Below the pieces are notes generated by a model. It made no database searches, was not told where the DNA came from, and was given only the letters and a program-made list of their open reading frames with translations. Below are positions 51,637 to 60,326 of a stretch of DNA of 64,000 bases, one piece after another. Numbering within the stretch: position 1 is the first letter of the stretch; each line of letters starts with the position of its first letter. A program made the translations under genes and the position numbers. Origin of the DNA: an uncultured bacterium (lineage in GTDB: Bacteria; Zixibacteria; MSB-5A5; GN15; FEB-12); assembly GCA_965603125.1 (NCBI GenBank), contig CBFDBU010000005.1, positions 17,359-81,358 on the forward strand, in the 5' to 3' direction.

Positions 51637-52416
51637 TCAATCGACCCCGGCCACCGGATTGACCAGGCTGCCGACCTGTTCTATTCTGACCTCGACCTCA
51701 TCACCCGGTTTCATGGGCCCGATTCCCGAAGGAGTACCGGTGGAAATCAGATCCCCGGGAAGAAGGGTCATGATCGAGGAAACATAGCTGACCAGGTACG
51801 GGATATCAAAGATCATCAGGGACGTCCGCCCCGACTGCTTCACCTCGCCGTTGAGCAATCCCTCCACCAACAGGTCGCTGTAATCGACGCCGGTTACCAC
51901 GCTTGGCCCTGTCGGACAGAAGGTGTCAAACCCCTTTGCCCGCGACCACTGGCCGTCTTTGCGTTGGAGATCACGAGCTGTAACGTCGTTGACGCACGTT
52001 AGCCCGAAGATGTATCGCGGAGCCTCCTCTACGGAAACATTGCGCGCCTCGCGACCAATGACGACTCCCAACTCGGCCTCGTAGTCAACTCGCTCCGACT
52101 GCCGAGGATGCACGATTATCTCCCCGGGGCCGATGACCGCCGACGGCGGCTTCAGGAATATCAGCGGATACTCCGGGGCTTCATCGGCGGATTGGGATGC
52201 CTCCACGTGGGCGTGATAGTTCAAACCGATACAGATGATCTTCGTCGGTTTCACCGGCGCATGCAAAACGACCTGTTGCCAATTGTACTTGCGCCCGGTC
52301 AGTTCGGTACCGTACCAGGGCGTAGACTGCAGTTCGGCGACGGCGTCACCCTCGAGCAGCCCGTATCCCGCCGCCGCCGATTCCTCGTCGTGAAAGGAAA
52401 CATACTTGTTTATCAT
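51637..52416 (-). CDS. fumarylacetoacetate hydrolase (FAH) family protein
   Basis: YEAELGVVIG, FDTFCPTGP and PGDLISTGTPSG motifs. Confidence 0.85.
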   Translation of the reverse strand: MINKYVSFHDEESAAAGYGLLEGDAVAELQSTPWYGTELTGRKYNWQQVVLHAPVKPTKIICIGLNYHAHVEASQSADEAPEYPLIFLKPPSAVIGPGEIIVHPRQSERVDYEAELGVVIGREARNVSVEEAPRYIFGLTCVNDVTARDLQRKDGQWSRAKGFDTFCPTGPSVVTGVDYSDLLVEGLLNGEVKQSGRTSLMIFDIPYLVSYVSSIMTLLPGDLISTGTPSGIGPMKPGDEVEVRIEQVGSLVNPVAGVD

Positions 52417-52504
52417 GTTGTCCCTCGATATTTGAGTACTACCCCGATCCAGCCGGAATCGCGCCGGCCCGGATCATCAAAAGTGTCCTGTTGCTTTGTC
52501 TCCA

Positions 52505-53854
52505 TCACACCTGTTTCAACTTCCATTTACCGCGGCCGAACCACAGGGCCAGGACGACAGCCTTCAGGAAAGTCGTAATAGTGAGCGTCCACCAGACGCC
52601 GTTGATTCCCCAGTCCAACTCAAAACACAGGAAGTAGGCCATCGGTATGCGCATGGCCGAACCAGGGACCATGACCACCATCGGCGGAACAGTATCCCCG
52701 GCGCCGCTGAAAGCGCCCTCAAGCACGATCTCCACCGCCATCGCCGTTTGCGACAGTCCGAGGATGATAAGATAATCCGTCGCTATCGTCAGGACTTCCG
52801 CATCGTCCGTAAATATGGTTGCGATCAACTCCGGAATGGAGATAAACAGCGCCGATGTAATCAACGTAATGGCGATGGCGGCGCCGGTCGATCCCCAGGC
52901 ACAGCGGGCCGCGCGACGCAGTCGACCGGCGCCCAGGTTCTGTCCCACCATCGTGGCCGCCGCCACCGAAAAACCGTAGCAGACCAGGTAAGAGAATGAC
53001 TCCATGCGATTGCCGATACCCATCGCGGCGGCGGCCGGGGAGCCGAACTGGTGCACGATCTTTATCAGGAACCAGTAAACGGACACGAAAACGAACTGCT
53101 GGCTGGACATGGGCAGCCCGATCCGGCCGATACGAAGCATCGTGCGCAGGTGTGGCCTGACACGAGAGATTCCACGAACCTGATAATCCAGTCCTCCATG
53201 CGACATTCGGTACATGATCGCTGTCGCTCCCAGAAGGACGGCGATGCCGGTGGCCGCGCTGGCTCCCGCCACGCCCAGCGAGGGAACCGGCCCCCAGCCG
53301 AAGATCAGAAGCGGATCGAGAATCATGTTGATGACTACCACGCCGATACTGATCTTGGTGGGCGTTCGCGTGTCCCCCGAGGCGCGAAAAACCGCATACG
53401 CGGTCTCGGTCAGGAAGAAGAACACGGCCGATACGAAGAATATCCGCAGGTACGGCACGGCCAACTCAAGCGTGTCCGGCCCGGTATCCATGAACACCAG
53501 CAGGGCCGGGGAAAAGAGATATCCCACGACGGAAAACACGACTGCCAGACCGACGGCCATCGCTATTCCCTGCCTGATGAAATAGATCACCTTTTCGGAA
53601 TCCCCGGCGCCCACGTACCTGGCCACCAGCGCCGTGACACCGACACTGACAATTGAGATCGTTGCAAAGATGGTCCAGATGACCACCATTGAGGAAGTAA
53701 CCGCGTCCTGCGCCGTTGATCCCAGCTTACCGACCCAGAAATAGTCGGTGCTGGTCAGGGCAAATTCCATCAACATCCCCACCACGACCGGCAGAGCCAG
53801 GGAGAAAATCGTCCGCGTGATGGGACCTTCGGTGATGTTATTCTTGACGCTCAT
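52505..53854 (-). CDS. MATE family efflux transporter
   Basis: 12 predicted TM helices, N-terminal PITRTIFSLALPV..., internal duplication typical of MATE. Start at ATG 53854. Confidence 0.85.
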   Translation of the reverse strand: MSVKNNITEGPITRTIFSLALPVVVGMLMEFALTSTDYFWVGKLGSTAQDAVTSSMVVIWTIFATISIVSVGVTALVARYVGAGDSEKVIYFIRQGIAMAVGLAVVFSVVGYLFSPALLVFMDTGPDTLELAVPYLRIFFVSAVFFFLTETAYAVFRASGDTRTPTKISIGVVVINMILDPLLIFGWGPVPSLGVAGASAATGIAVLLGATAIMYRMSHGGLDYQVRGISRVRPHLRTMLRIGRIGLPMSSQQFVFVSVYWFLIKIVHQFGSPAAAAMGIGNRMESFSYLVCYGFSVAAATMVGQNLGAGRLRRAARCAWGSTGAAIAITLITSALFISIPELIATIFTDDAEVLTIATDYLIILGLSQTAMAVEIVLEGAFSGAGDTVPPMVVMVPGSAMRIPMAYFLCFELDWGINGVWWTLTITTFLKAVVLALWFGRGKWKLKQV

Positions 53855-54054
53855 GTGCCGTTGTTCCTGCAAGTGCGCCGGCATGGTCTAATCCCCACAC
53901 GGCGGACTTACTGGAGACAGCCGTCAAGATACAGGCGGGACGCTGTCGTCACAACAAGAATCATTCACCATGGGTCGCTCGGACATGCAAGCAGGTCAGC
54001 ATACTCTGTGGTCTGGTCGAGGTCTCTCGTGAGATCGACGTCGGGGTCTTTGCT

Positions 54055-54091
54055 AACAAAGAAGAAGCCCCGGAACACGGACCGGAGCTTC
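54055..54091 (-). terminator. intrinsic terminator after the VOC gene
   Basis: The minus strand reads GAAGCTCCGG-tccgtgtt-CCGGGGCTTC (10 bp including one G-U) followed by TTCTTTGTT, 31 nt after the stop. Confidence 0.65.
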
Positions 54092-54121
54092 CCTCTTGAG
54101 CAAATGTATTTGTCGCCTTCA

Positions 54122-54472
54122 TCACTCCTTGAAAATGCCGACCGTGTTACCCTCGGGATCGGTGAACATTGCGAAGCTGCCCACATTGGGAATCGGAGTG
54201 GGTGGTATGATCGTACTGCCGCCGAGGCCGCCAATCTTGTCAAGGCAGGCCTGCAGATCATCAACCTGAACATAGAAGGTGACGTAGTTGGGCGTTTTGT
54301 CATCGGTGCTCATGATGCCGCCACCGATTCCGCCCTCGCTGACTTCCACCACGCCGTATCCGCCCATCGCTTCGTCGACCTTGATCTTCCAGTCAAACAC
54401 CTTCCCGTAGAAGTCCTGGAGTTTCTTGCCGTCCTTGCCGGCAATCTCGAAGTGCACAACCGGGTTGCCCAT
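54122..54472 (-). CDS. VOC (glyoxalase/bleomycin-resistance) family protein
   Basis: 116 aa; VVHFEI...FYGKVFDW...FTDPEGNTVGI. AAGGAG RBS. Confidence 0.85.
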   Translation of the reverse strand: MGNPVVHFEIAGKDGKKLQDFYGKVFDWKIKVDEAMGGYGVVEVSEGGIGGGIMSTDDKTPNYVTFYVQVDDLQACLDKIGGLGGSTIIPPTPIPNVGSFAMFTDPEGNTVGIFKE

Positions 54473-54652
54473 GATGAATCTCCTTTCGATTCAGGGATCT
54501 GACTTTGAACGTCAACTAAACAGGCCCACGTTAACATGACGGCCAACGATTGTCAAGCTGTCGACCGCATAATGTGATGTTCACCGGGTGCTGTGGGATC
54601 GGTAACACCGGTACAGGTACCCCACCAAGAGCGAAGCGTCTGGTGGGTTCTC

Positions 54653-54731
54653 AGATTTGTAGGTCAAAACCCCTGTGGTTTTGACATCCGAATATGTCGA
54701 GACCGCAGGGGTGTCGACCTACTTCCGACTG
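54653..54731. repeat. REPIN-like palindrome with short flanks (left boundary of the AT-rich cassette)
   Basis: agattt-GTAGGTCAAAACCCCTGTGGTTTTGAC-atccgaatat-GTCGAGACCGCAGGGGTGTCGACCTAC-ttccgactg. Confidence 0.85.
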
Positions 54732-54885
54732 TGCGCCGCAACGTCTTGAATCGGAATTTTAGGTTTGTTAAGAAAACAATGCCATTCCCGATACTGATTA
54801 AAGGGGACTCTGCTTTTGCCGCGCTTCTTTTGGGTGCCCCCCGTTAAAACCAGAATGGAAAACTCTCTCAACAGGGAGACACAAA

Positions 54886-55155
54886 ATGGCATTATCAAGA
54901 TGTTTAGAATCCAATTCACCCCCACAAAGTAATCTATATGTTGCTTATGCGCTGCCCGTTGGCTACCCCAATTCCTCCACGATTTGCGGGACGAAGAATT
55001 GCAGAAATGAAGGGGTAGTCTGGCTCCGGGATGATGAAAGGAAAAGCTACTTGAATGGCGAAAGGTATTTCTCTTACGATTTTAATGTCACCAGAGTTAG
55101 AGTTGACGATTCAGGTATGAAATATCTGCCGAAATCATCAGGAGGAATAATATGA
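54886..55155 (+). CDS. hypothetical small protein (cassette gene 1)
   Basis: 89 aa, GGGAG RBS 8 nt upstream, about 40% GC. The stop overlaps the next ATG (ATGA). No motif recognised. Confidence 0.5.
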   Translation: MALSRCLESNSPPQSNLYVAYALPVGYPNSSTICGTKNCRNEGVVWLRDDERKSYLNGERYFSYDFNVTRVRVDDSGMKYLPKSSGGII

Positions 55156-55466
55156 ACTTTGAAGACATCTGGCAGAGAATAATAGAACGTGCTGGTGAAA
55201 CTTTTTGTACCATAAGGAATCTCGAATTTACTTATGAGGTAATCGAAAACGACGTGCTCCCATACCGTAATGGGAAATTTGTCGGCCGTAGATTACCAAA
55301 GAATAGCTTCCAGCTTGTAAATGATAGCGGACCGTATCCGGGGCCGGGTGCAATTAATCAAGCGGTTCAGGGCCCATCATATGTTTGGGCAATTCTGAAT
55401 GACGAGAGTATAATAGGAAAAAAACAGAACATTCGGGACCGGTGCTCCACCTCATGGGATCGGTGA
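55152..55466 (+). CDS. hypothetical small protein (cassette gene 2)
   Basis: 104 aa. GGAGGA lies 5 nt upstream, inside the end of gene 1. About 40% GC. No motif recognised. Confidence 0.55.
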   Translation: MNFEDIWQRIIERAGETFCTIRNLEFTYEVIENDVLPYRNGKFVGRRLPKNSFQLVNDSGPYPGPGAINQAVQGPSYVWAILNDESIIGKKQNIRDRCSTSWDR

Positions 55467-55478
55467 ATCAAGGGCCGT

Positions 55479-55557
55479 AGATTTGTAGGTCAAAACCCCT
55501 GTGGTTTTGACATCCGAATATGTCGAGACCGCAGGGGTCTCGACCTACTTCCGACTG
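55479..55557. repeat. REPIN-like palindrome with short flanks (right boundary of the AT-rich cassette)
   Basis: 78 of 79 nt identical to 54653..54731, in direct orientation. Confidence 0.85.
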
Positions 55558-55667
55558 CCAGGCAGAGATGTGCGTACCATGGTCAAGGCGTCGGTGCCCA
55601 GCAACTGTGACTTTTTCAACAGATGGCTTGCTGTGGGTTCGGTGAATCGAGAACCATAGTGCCCGCG

Positions 55668-57077
55668 TCAGGGTATCCGGGAATAGATGCGATATTCAGA
55701 ACCGGACTCGGAACTGAACAGCCTGGCCAGTTGATAGCAATCAAGGAAACGCTGATCCTTGAGAAATGCTCCCCTTCTTGAGTCAAGCCCGAGAACAACC
55801 CAGTCAGGACGGTGATCCAGAACCAAACCGAGGTGATTGCCGGTTTGGCAGTAGGGAATCGCTTCCGGTGAGACCAGGCCGTCGCGATCAATAATCCTCA
55901 GGCCGCTGTAGTAACCCATGTATCCGATATCTTCCGCCGCTACCACGTCGTCAGGCCGCGCGTTCTCACGCAGGTACAACCCGATAGCGTGATGAACCGT
56001 ATCCAGGCAGTCCTGATAGATTTGATGGTAGGAGACGGTGCGATGACATGCAGCGACGAGGACCACCACCATGACTACTAACAAGGCTCTTCTCATCAGT
56101 CCCGCCCGGAGACGCAAACCGGTCAGCCTGACTGCTGCCGGGAGCACGGCGGCGCCTGCAAACAGCAAATAGACCGGGTAGATGGGCGTGACGTACCACG
56201 GAAAAAGATAGGTCGAACCGAGCGTCAAGCCGCCCACCATGCCGACCAGCCAGACCGCTTCCAGAGCACCGAATTTTCGCTGCTTCCATAACCATCGCCC
56301 GCCGACCAGCGCCAGTGCAAAGAGCGCCAGGCCGAACGGATTGTGCCAGCCCATCAGAAAGATCAGGCTGTCCCATGGCGTCCTGGTGCCGAACTGACTG
56401 TAAAGCGCGAGCTTGCCGAGGATCGAATTGGGAACAGGCGACCCGAAATAGACCGCTGCAAACACGAGCCAGGGTCCACTCACGAGAACCGGAATCAAAA
56501 GATAGGCAGCGACCCTTCTTGGGTCCTTGAAGATATTCCATGCAACCAGCAGACCCAGCAGCAGAAAGCCCTCCGGACGCGTGACCGAGGATAGGGTCGC
56601 CAGTGCCACAGCGTGAACGGGAAGGCGTCGGTGCTGACAGTAGAACGCGGCGGTAACCAACAGCGTAAACAACGCCGTCTCCATCCCACCGGTATCGGGC
56701 GCGAACAGTCGAGGGAATAAAGCGTACAGGGTGATCGGTACGAACGCCCACCGATCAAAGCCGAGAGACAGGGCGAACTTGTGAATAATCGCCGCCGTGA
56801 GGCCGGTCGCCGCCAGGCCGATCACCAGGGCAGCCTGTTTGATCGGGATTCCCGCCAGCGCCACAGCCGACAGAATCAGCGTGAACAACGGTGTGGTCGT
56901 GCCCAGCACCCTCTCCCCCACATTATATACGAAGCCGTGCCCGGCGGCGATATTCTCCGCGTAACGGAAAGTGATGAAGGCGTCATCGTAGGTGAACCCG
57001 GTCAGCAGATGAAAAACGAACCGTGCCAATACGGTGAGTGAGAAGGCTAAGATGAATTGTCTGTCTATGACTGCCAT
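55668..57077 (-). CDS. polytopic membrane protein, GT-C-type glycosyltransferase-like
   Basis: At least 10 TM helices. The N-terminal loop motif YDDAFITFRYAENIAAGHGFVYNVGERV resembles polyprenol-phosphate-dependent (ArnT/PMT-like) transferases. Start taken at ATG 57077; TTG 57092 is an alternative. Confidence 0.55.
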   Translation of the reverse strand: MAVIDRQFILAFSLTVLARFVFHLLTGFTYDDAFITFRYAENIAAGHGFVYNVGERVLGTTTPLFTLILSAVALAGIPIKQAALVIGLAATGLTAAIIHKFALSLGFDRWAFVPITLYALFPRLFAPDTGGMETALFTLLVTAAFYCQHRRLPVHAVALATLSSVTRPEGFLLLGLLVAWNIFKDPRRVAAYLLIPVLVSGPWLVFAAVYFGSPVPNSILGKLALYSQFGTRTPWDSLIFLMGWHNPFGLALFALALVGGRWLWKQRKFGALEAVWLVGMVGGLTLGSTYLFPWYVTPIYPVYLLFAGAAVLPAAVRLTGLRLRAGLMRRALLVVMVVVLVAACHRTVSYHQIYQDCLDTVHHAIGLYLRENARPDDVVAAEDIGYMGYYSGLRIIDRDGLVSPEAIPYCQTGNHLGLVLDHRPDWVVLGLDSRRGAFLKDQRFLDCYQLARLFSSESGSEYRIYSRIP

Positions 57078-57192
57078 GGCAACTGACGGCAAAGCTACCG
57101 ATTTGGGAGGGCACAGTCAAGACCAACAGGTGAGCAATTGCGCAGTCGGACTCTGTGTTGGAGCTAATCCGGCATTTTAGCAGGTTTTCCTG

Positions 57193-57220
57193 TTGACAGT
57201 CCGGCCTTTATGAATATAAT
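57193..57220 (+). promoter_or_regulatory. consensus sigma70-type promoter upstream of the dockerin-protein gene
   Basis: Exact TTGACA (57193..57198), a 16-nt spacer, exact TATAAT (57215..57220). Confidence 0.5.
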
Positions 57221-57382
57221 GGGAGGAGAGTATAAGGACTTATCCAATGAGGTCCCACCAGACGAGGTCTGACACCTTGCGGCATTCCGCTTATGTTTAA
57301 CGTCGATCTGTGTCCGACGATCAGGTGGTGAGCCTTGTCAAGAAGAACTGTATCTGAAATCCGTCAGTCGAGAGGAAACGTC

Positions 57383-59959
57383 ATGAAGCTGTCACATTTG
57401 TGCGCTATTGTCGCGGGGCTGCTGCTGTTGGCTGCTGCCACCTTTACCGTGGAGCCGCCGGGCGTCACCCGATCTGTATCCGGAGATGTCAGCCGAATAT
57501 GGGACAACCAGACCTACATCAACGCCAACAAGATCCTGATGTTCGTAACCAACCATGGCAATTTCGGCCGCGATCTGAGCGGTGTTTTCGGGCGTGACGC
57601 CGGAACTTTTTACCCGTATGTCTCTATTGAGGACATCCAGAACGGCACTCTTGACGCTTACGCTCTGTATGCCGCCGGAATCTGGATAGGCGGCAGGGTG
57701 AACGGCCTAGTAAGAGTTGCCGTAGCAGAATACTCCGATGAGTATGTCCCCGGCCCGATGGTTGGAGGTGCCCACCAGCCGGACAACCCATCGTTCAAGG
57801 TCTACAAGCTGTATCGGGACAGTCTCGCCGATAATCCGAACGACGACTACCTCAACTGGCCGGTCGATCAGGGCGCCCCGGTCGATGCGACCGGGCAGCC
57901 GTCCATGAGGGGGGATCAGATGCTGTGGACGGTCTTCAATGATGCAGACGCAATTCAACATCAGAACCGCGCCGGGGGGACACTGCCTCTTGGCATCGAG
58001 ATCCAGCAGACGGTGTGGGCAATCGACGAGGCGGGAGACGATACTCTCTGGATCGCCCCGACGCTTCGGGTTCACCAGGTCGTTGAATCGAGAGCCGAAG
58101 TGGAGGCCCATATAGTCAATCCTGACGCATTGACAGGACACGATTACCAGGTCGAGATCGACAGCATCGTGGGCTTAGGCGCTGTCTGGCACCTGATCGA
58201 CGCCACCTTGGGGGACACGGTCCTGACTGATCAGACCAACTTCTCAGGCGACGAAAACTACCAGATCACCGACGGCTTTCAGGTCAAGGTCATCGATCCC
58301 ACCGGTGGTTTCACCAGTTTTGAAGTCGTCGCCAACCTCGCCGGAGCGCTCATCCCATCGGAGGGGGCTGCGGCAGGCTTCGCCGGGTTTCCCTCGAACG
58401 CTCCAACCGATCGGCAGCAGATCGGCGATGGCATGTGGTTCTTCCATACGGCCGACAACGGCGGGACGTCCGGAGGCGGGACCCGCGGCAGCTACGAAGC
58501 CTTCCTGCAAAGAGTGACCCGAAATGGCGGAAACAACACCGCTCGCGGAAACGACGACTACGAGATGCGCTTCACCGGCTCCAACGACAATCCGGGCATC
58601 GGGGGTAGTTGGGCGATCGAGGCGTTCAATGATGACAACGTCTTCTGGGTGCCGTTCGAGCTTTGGAACATCGGCTGCGGTACCCCTGACGACTACAGTG
58701 ATGATGTCCGTCTGGTTGTGTTCATCATCGATGACGGCAATGACAATATCTACGCTCTCGAATCCTGGGGCAATCCGGACATTGGTGGTGGTGACCTTGA
58801 GCATTCCGTGTCAGGAGGTGACGACGATCCGTTCACGGATTGGGTCTATTGGTATAAGCCAACTGATGAATCGCCGGGAGTCGCTGGGTATATTGCCAAC
58901 GTAGCCCAGATGCTTACCGGGACATACGATTACAGCCTCGTGGGTGACGACGTTCTCGCGCGAACGGTGCTGGTCAACTGGAACGGCGGGACAGCGCCCC
59001 CGTTCAATCAGAATACGCCGGAGTTGGGCACCGTCTTCCGGATAACAACCGCCAAGGACGTACCCATCGGTGTCTTCACGTTCACGGCCACGGCTCCTCC
59101 TCCCATCACCAGCGGCAACGAGGGAGTCTCCCTTTACATGAAATACAGGCTGTACAACAAAGGTTCCAATACTATCAATGACATGTACGTCTCGCTGTGG
59201 AGCGATCCTGACCTCGGCGGCGCTGGAGATGACCTGGTCGGCTGCGACACTCTTGATGACGTCTTTTTCTGTTACAACAGCACCAATGACGATGCCCAAT
59301 ACTATTCTCGTCCTCCCGCCTTGGGATTCAAGATACTTGCCGGCCCGGTGGTGCCTTCGCCCGGTGACACGGCTGATTTTGACGGTAGTCTCCTTCCGGA
59401 TCACAGGAACTTAGGGCTTATCTCATTCCAGAAATACATTAACGGAACCGACCCGAACGGCTTCATCGAAACCTACAACTACATGCAGGGACTGAACGCC
59501 GACGGCACACCCCTCCCCAATGGCACTCACTACGCCGTCCCCGGCGACCCGGTGACCGGCATCGGAGATGTGGATTATAACGCTGCTGACCGAAGGATGA
59601 TGGCCAATTGTGGGCCGCTCACACTCCCGCCGGGTGGCAGCCAGTATCTGCTTGTGAAAATGGCAGTAGGGCAGGGAAACGACCGCCTGGAATCGATCAC
59701 GAAGTTGAAGGAGATTCTTAACATGAGCGGCCCCTGCTGCGCTATCCGAGGGGATATCAACCATGATGGTTCACCAGTGTTGGACATCTCCGATTTGATC
59801 TATCTTGTCAACTACATGTTCCAGGCCGGGCCGGAGCCATACTGCCTCGAGGAGGCGGACGTCAACGCCAGCGGATCAGACGTGATTGACATTGGCGACC
59901 TGATCTACCTGATCGACTATATGTTCCGCGATGGCCCCCCACCGCCGCCATGCCGGTAG
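57383..59959 (+). CDS. secreted protein with a C-terminal dockerin-like (double EF-hand) module
   Basis: Signal peptide MKLSHLCAIVAGLLLLAAATF. The C-terminus (59735..59956) carries two repeats, GDINHDGSPVLDISDLIYLVNYMF and ADVNASGSDVIDIGDLIYLIDYMF, flanked by Cys residues. About 780 aa of the N-terminal region carry no motif I recognise. Confidence 0.75.
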   Translation: MKLSHLCAIVAGLLLLAAATFTVEPPGVTRSVSGDVSRIWDNQTYINANKILMFVTNHGNFGRDLSGVFGRDAGTFYPYVSIEDIQNGTLDAYALYAAGIWIGGRVNGLVRVAVAEYSDEYVPGPMVGGAHQPDNPSFKVYKLYRDSLADNPNDDYLNWPVDQGAPVDATGQPSMRGDQMLWTVFNDADAIQHQNRAGGTLPLGIEIQQTVWAIDEAGDDTLWIAPTLRVHQVVESRAEVEAHIVNPDALTGHDYQVEIDSIVGLGAVWHLIDATLGDTVLTDQTNFSGDENYQITDGFQVKVIDPTGGFTSFEVVANLAGALIPSEGAAAGFAGFPSNAPTDRQQIGDGMWFFHTADNGGTSGGGTRGSYEAFLQRVTRNGGNNTARGNDDYEMRFTGSNDNPGIGGSWAIEAFNDDNVFWVPFELWNIGCGTPDDYSDDVRLVVFIIDDGNDNIYALESWGNPDIGGGDLEHSVSGGDDDPFTDWVYWYKPTDESPGVAGYIANVAQMLTGTYDYSLVGDDVLARTVLVNWNGGTAPPFNQNTPELGTVFRITTAKDVPIGVFTFTATAPPPITSGNEGVSLYMKYRLYNKGSNTINDMYVSLWSDPDLGGAGDDLVGCDTLDDVFFCYNSTNDDAQYYSRPPALGFKILAGPVVPSPGDTADFDGSLLPDHRNLGLISFQKYINGTDPNGFIETYNYMQGLNADGTPLPNGTHYAVPGDPVTGIGDVDYNAADRRMMANCGPLTLPPGGSQYLLVKMAVGQGNDRLESITKLKEILNMSGPCCAIRGDINHDGSPVLDISDLIYLVNYMFQAGPEPYCLEEADVNASGSDVIDIGDLIYLIDYMFRDGPPPPPCR

Positions 59960-59960
59960 C

Positions 59961-60014
59961 GGTGTCACCGCGTCTGTTGACTACATGTTCGCCGGCTACC
60001 CACAGTTCTTGTAG
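59961..60014 (+). pseudogene. possible relic of another dockerin-repeat coding 3' end
   Basis: The +2 frame after the stop reads GVTASVDYMFAGYPQFL*. The VDYMF core shares ctacatgttc with the repeat at 59806..59830. Its stop is the TAG of the following GTAGG REPIN head. Confidence 0.25.
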
Positions 60015-60067
60015 GTCAGGATCCCTGTGGGCCTGACGCTGGCCTTCGGAACCGCAGTGGTTCCGAC
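60011..60067. repeat. REPIN-like palindrome, degenerate (no CCTAC tail)
   Basis: GTAGGTCAGGATCCCTGTGGGCCTGAC-gctggcct-TCGGAACCGCAGTGGTTCCGAC. Confidence 0.7.
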
Positions 60068-60086
60068 AACCACTATCGAAAAACTC

Positions 60087-60115
60087 TTGCTATCAAGCCG
60101 GGTGTGTCTTATCCT
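60087..60115 (+). promoter_or_regulatory. possible promoter of lipoprotein paralog 1
   Basis: TTGCTA-N17-TATCCT, identical in both paralog copies. Confidence 0.35.
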
Positions 60116-60175
60116 TAAGTGTGAGTGAGTTTAGCTAAACAGGCGACGCAGAAACATAACAGAGGAGGACCGTCT

Positions 60176-60187
60176 ATGGAGAATTGA
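60176..60187 (+). other. 3-codon leader mini-ORF (Met-Glu-Asn-stop)
   Basis: AGGAGG (60163..60168) lies 7 nt before ATG GAG AAT TGA. The same peptide is encoded in copy 2 with a synonymous change. Confidence 0.35.
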
Positions 60188-60326
60188 TTCCGGCCCCAAA
60201 GGGGAATACGACATAGTGAATTGGGCAGCGTAAGTCAGGTCAAGTGGACCAAGGGGCAAAACAACAACAGATTTGACAAATGGGCACTCCGGCTCGTTAT
60301 TGGTTGGAGTTGATCAAAAGAAGCCT

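Noticed and set aside
54621-54647. Hairpin CCCACCA-N13-TGGTGGG just left of the REPIN, considered as a terminator or as part of the mobile element.
   Set aside because: There is no U-tract on either strand, and it is not repeated next to any other REPIN copy. It is probably incidental.
54653-55557. REPIN-like elements as integron attC sites, with the flanked ORFs as integron cassettes (CALIN).
   Set aside because: The ends are GTAGGTC/GACCTAC, not the RYYYAAC/GTTRRRY cores. There is no intI and no attI. The copies are scattered singly through housekeeping regions rather than arrayed. A REP/REPIN interpretation fits better, although cassette-like bracketing remains noteworthy.
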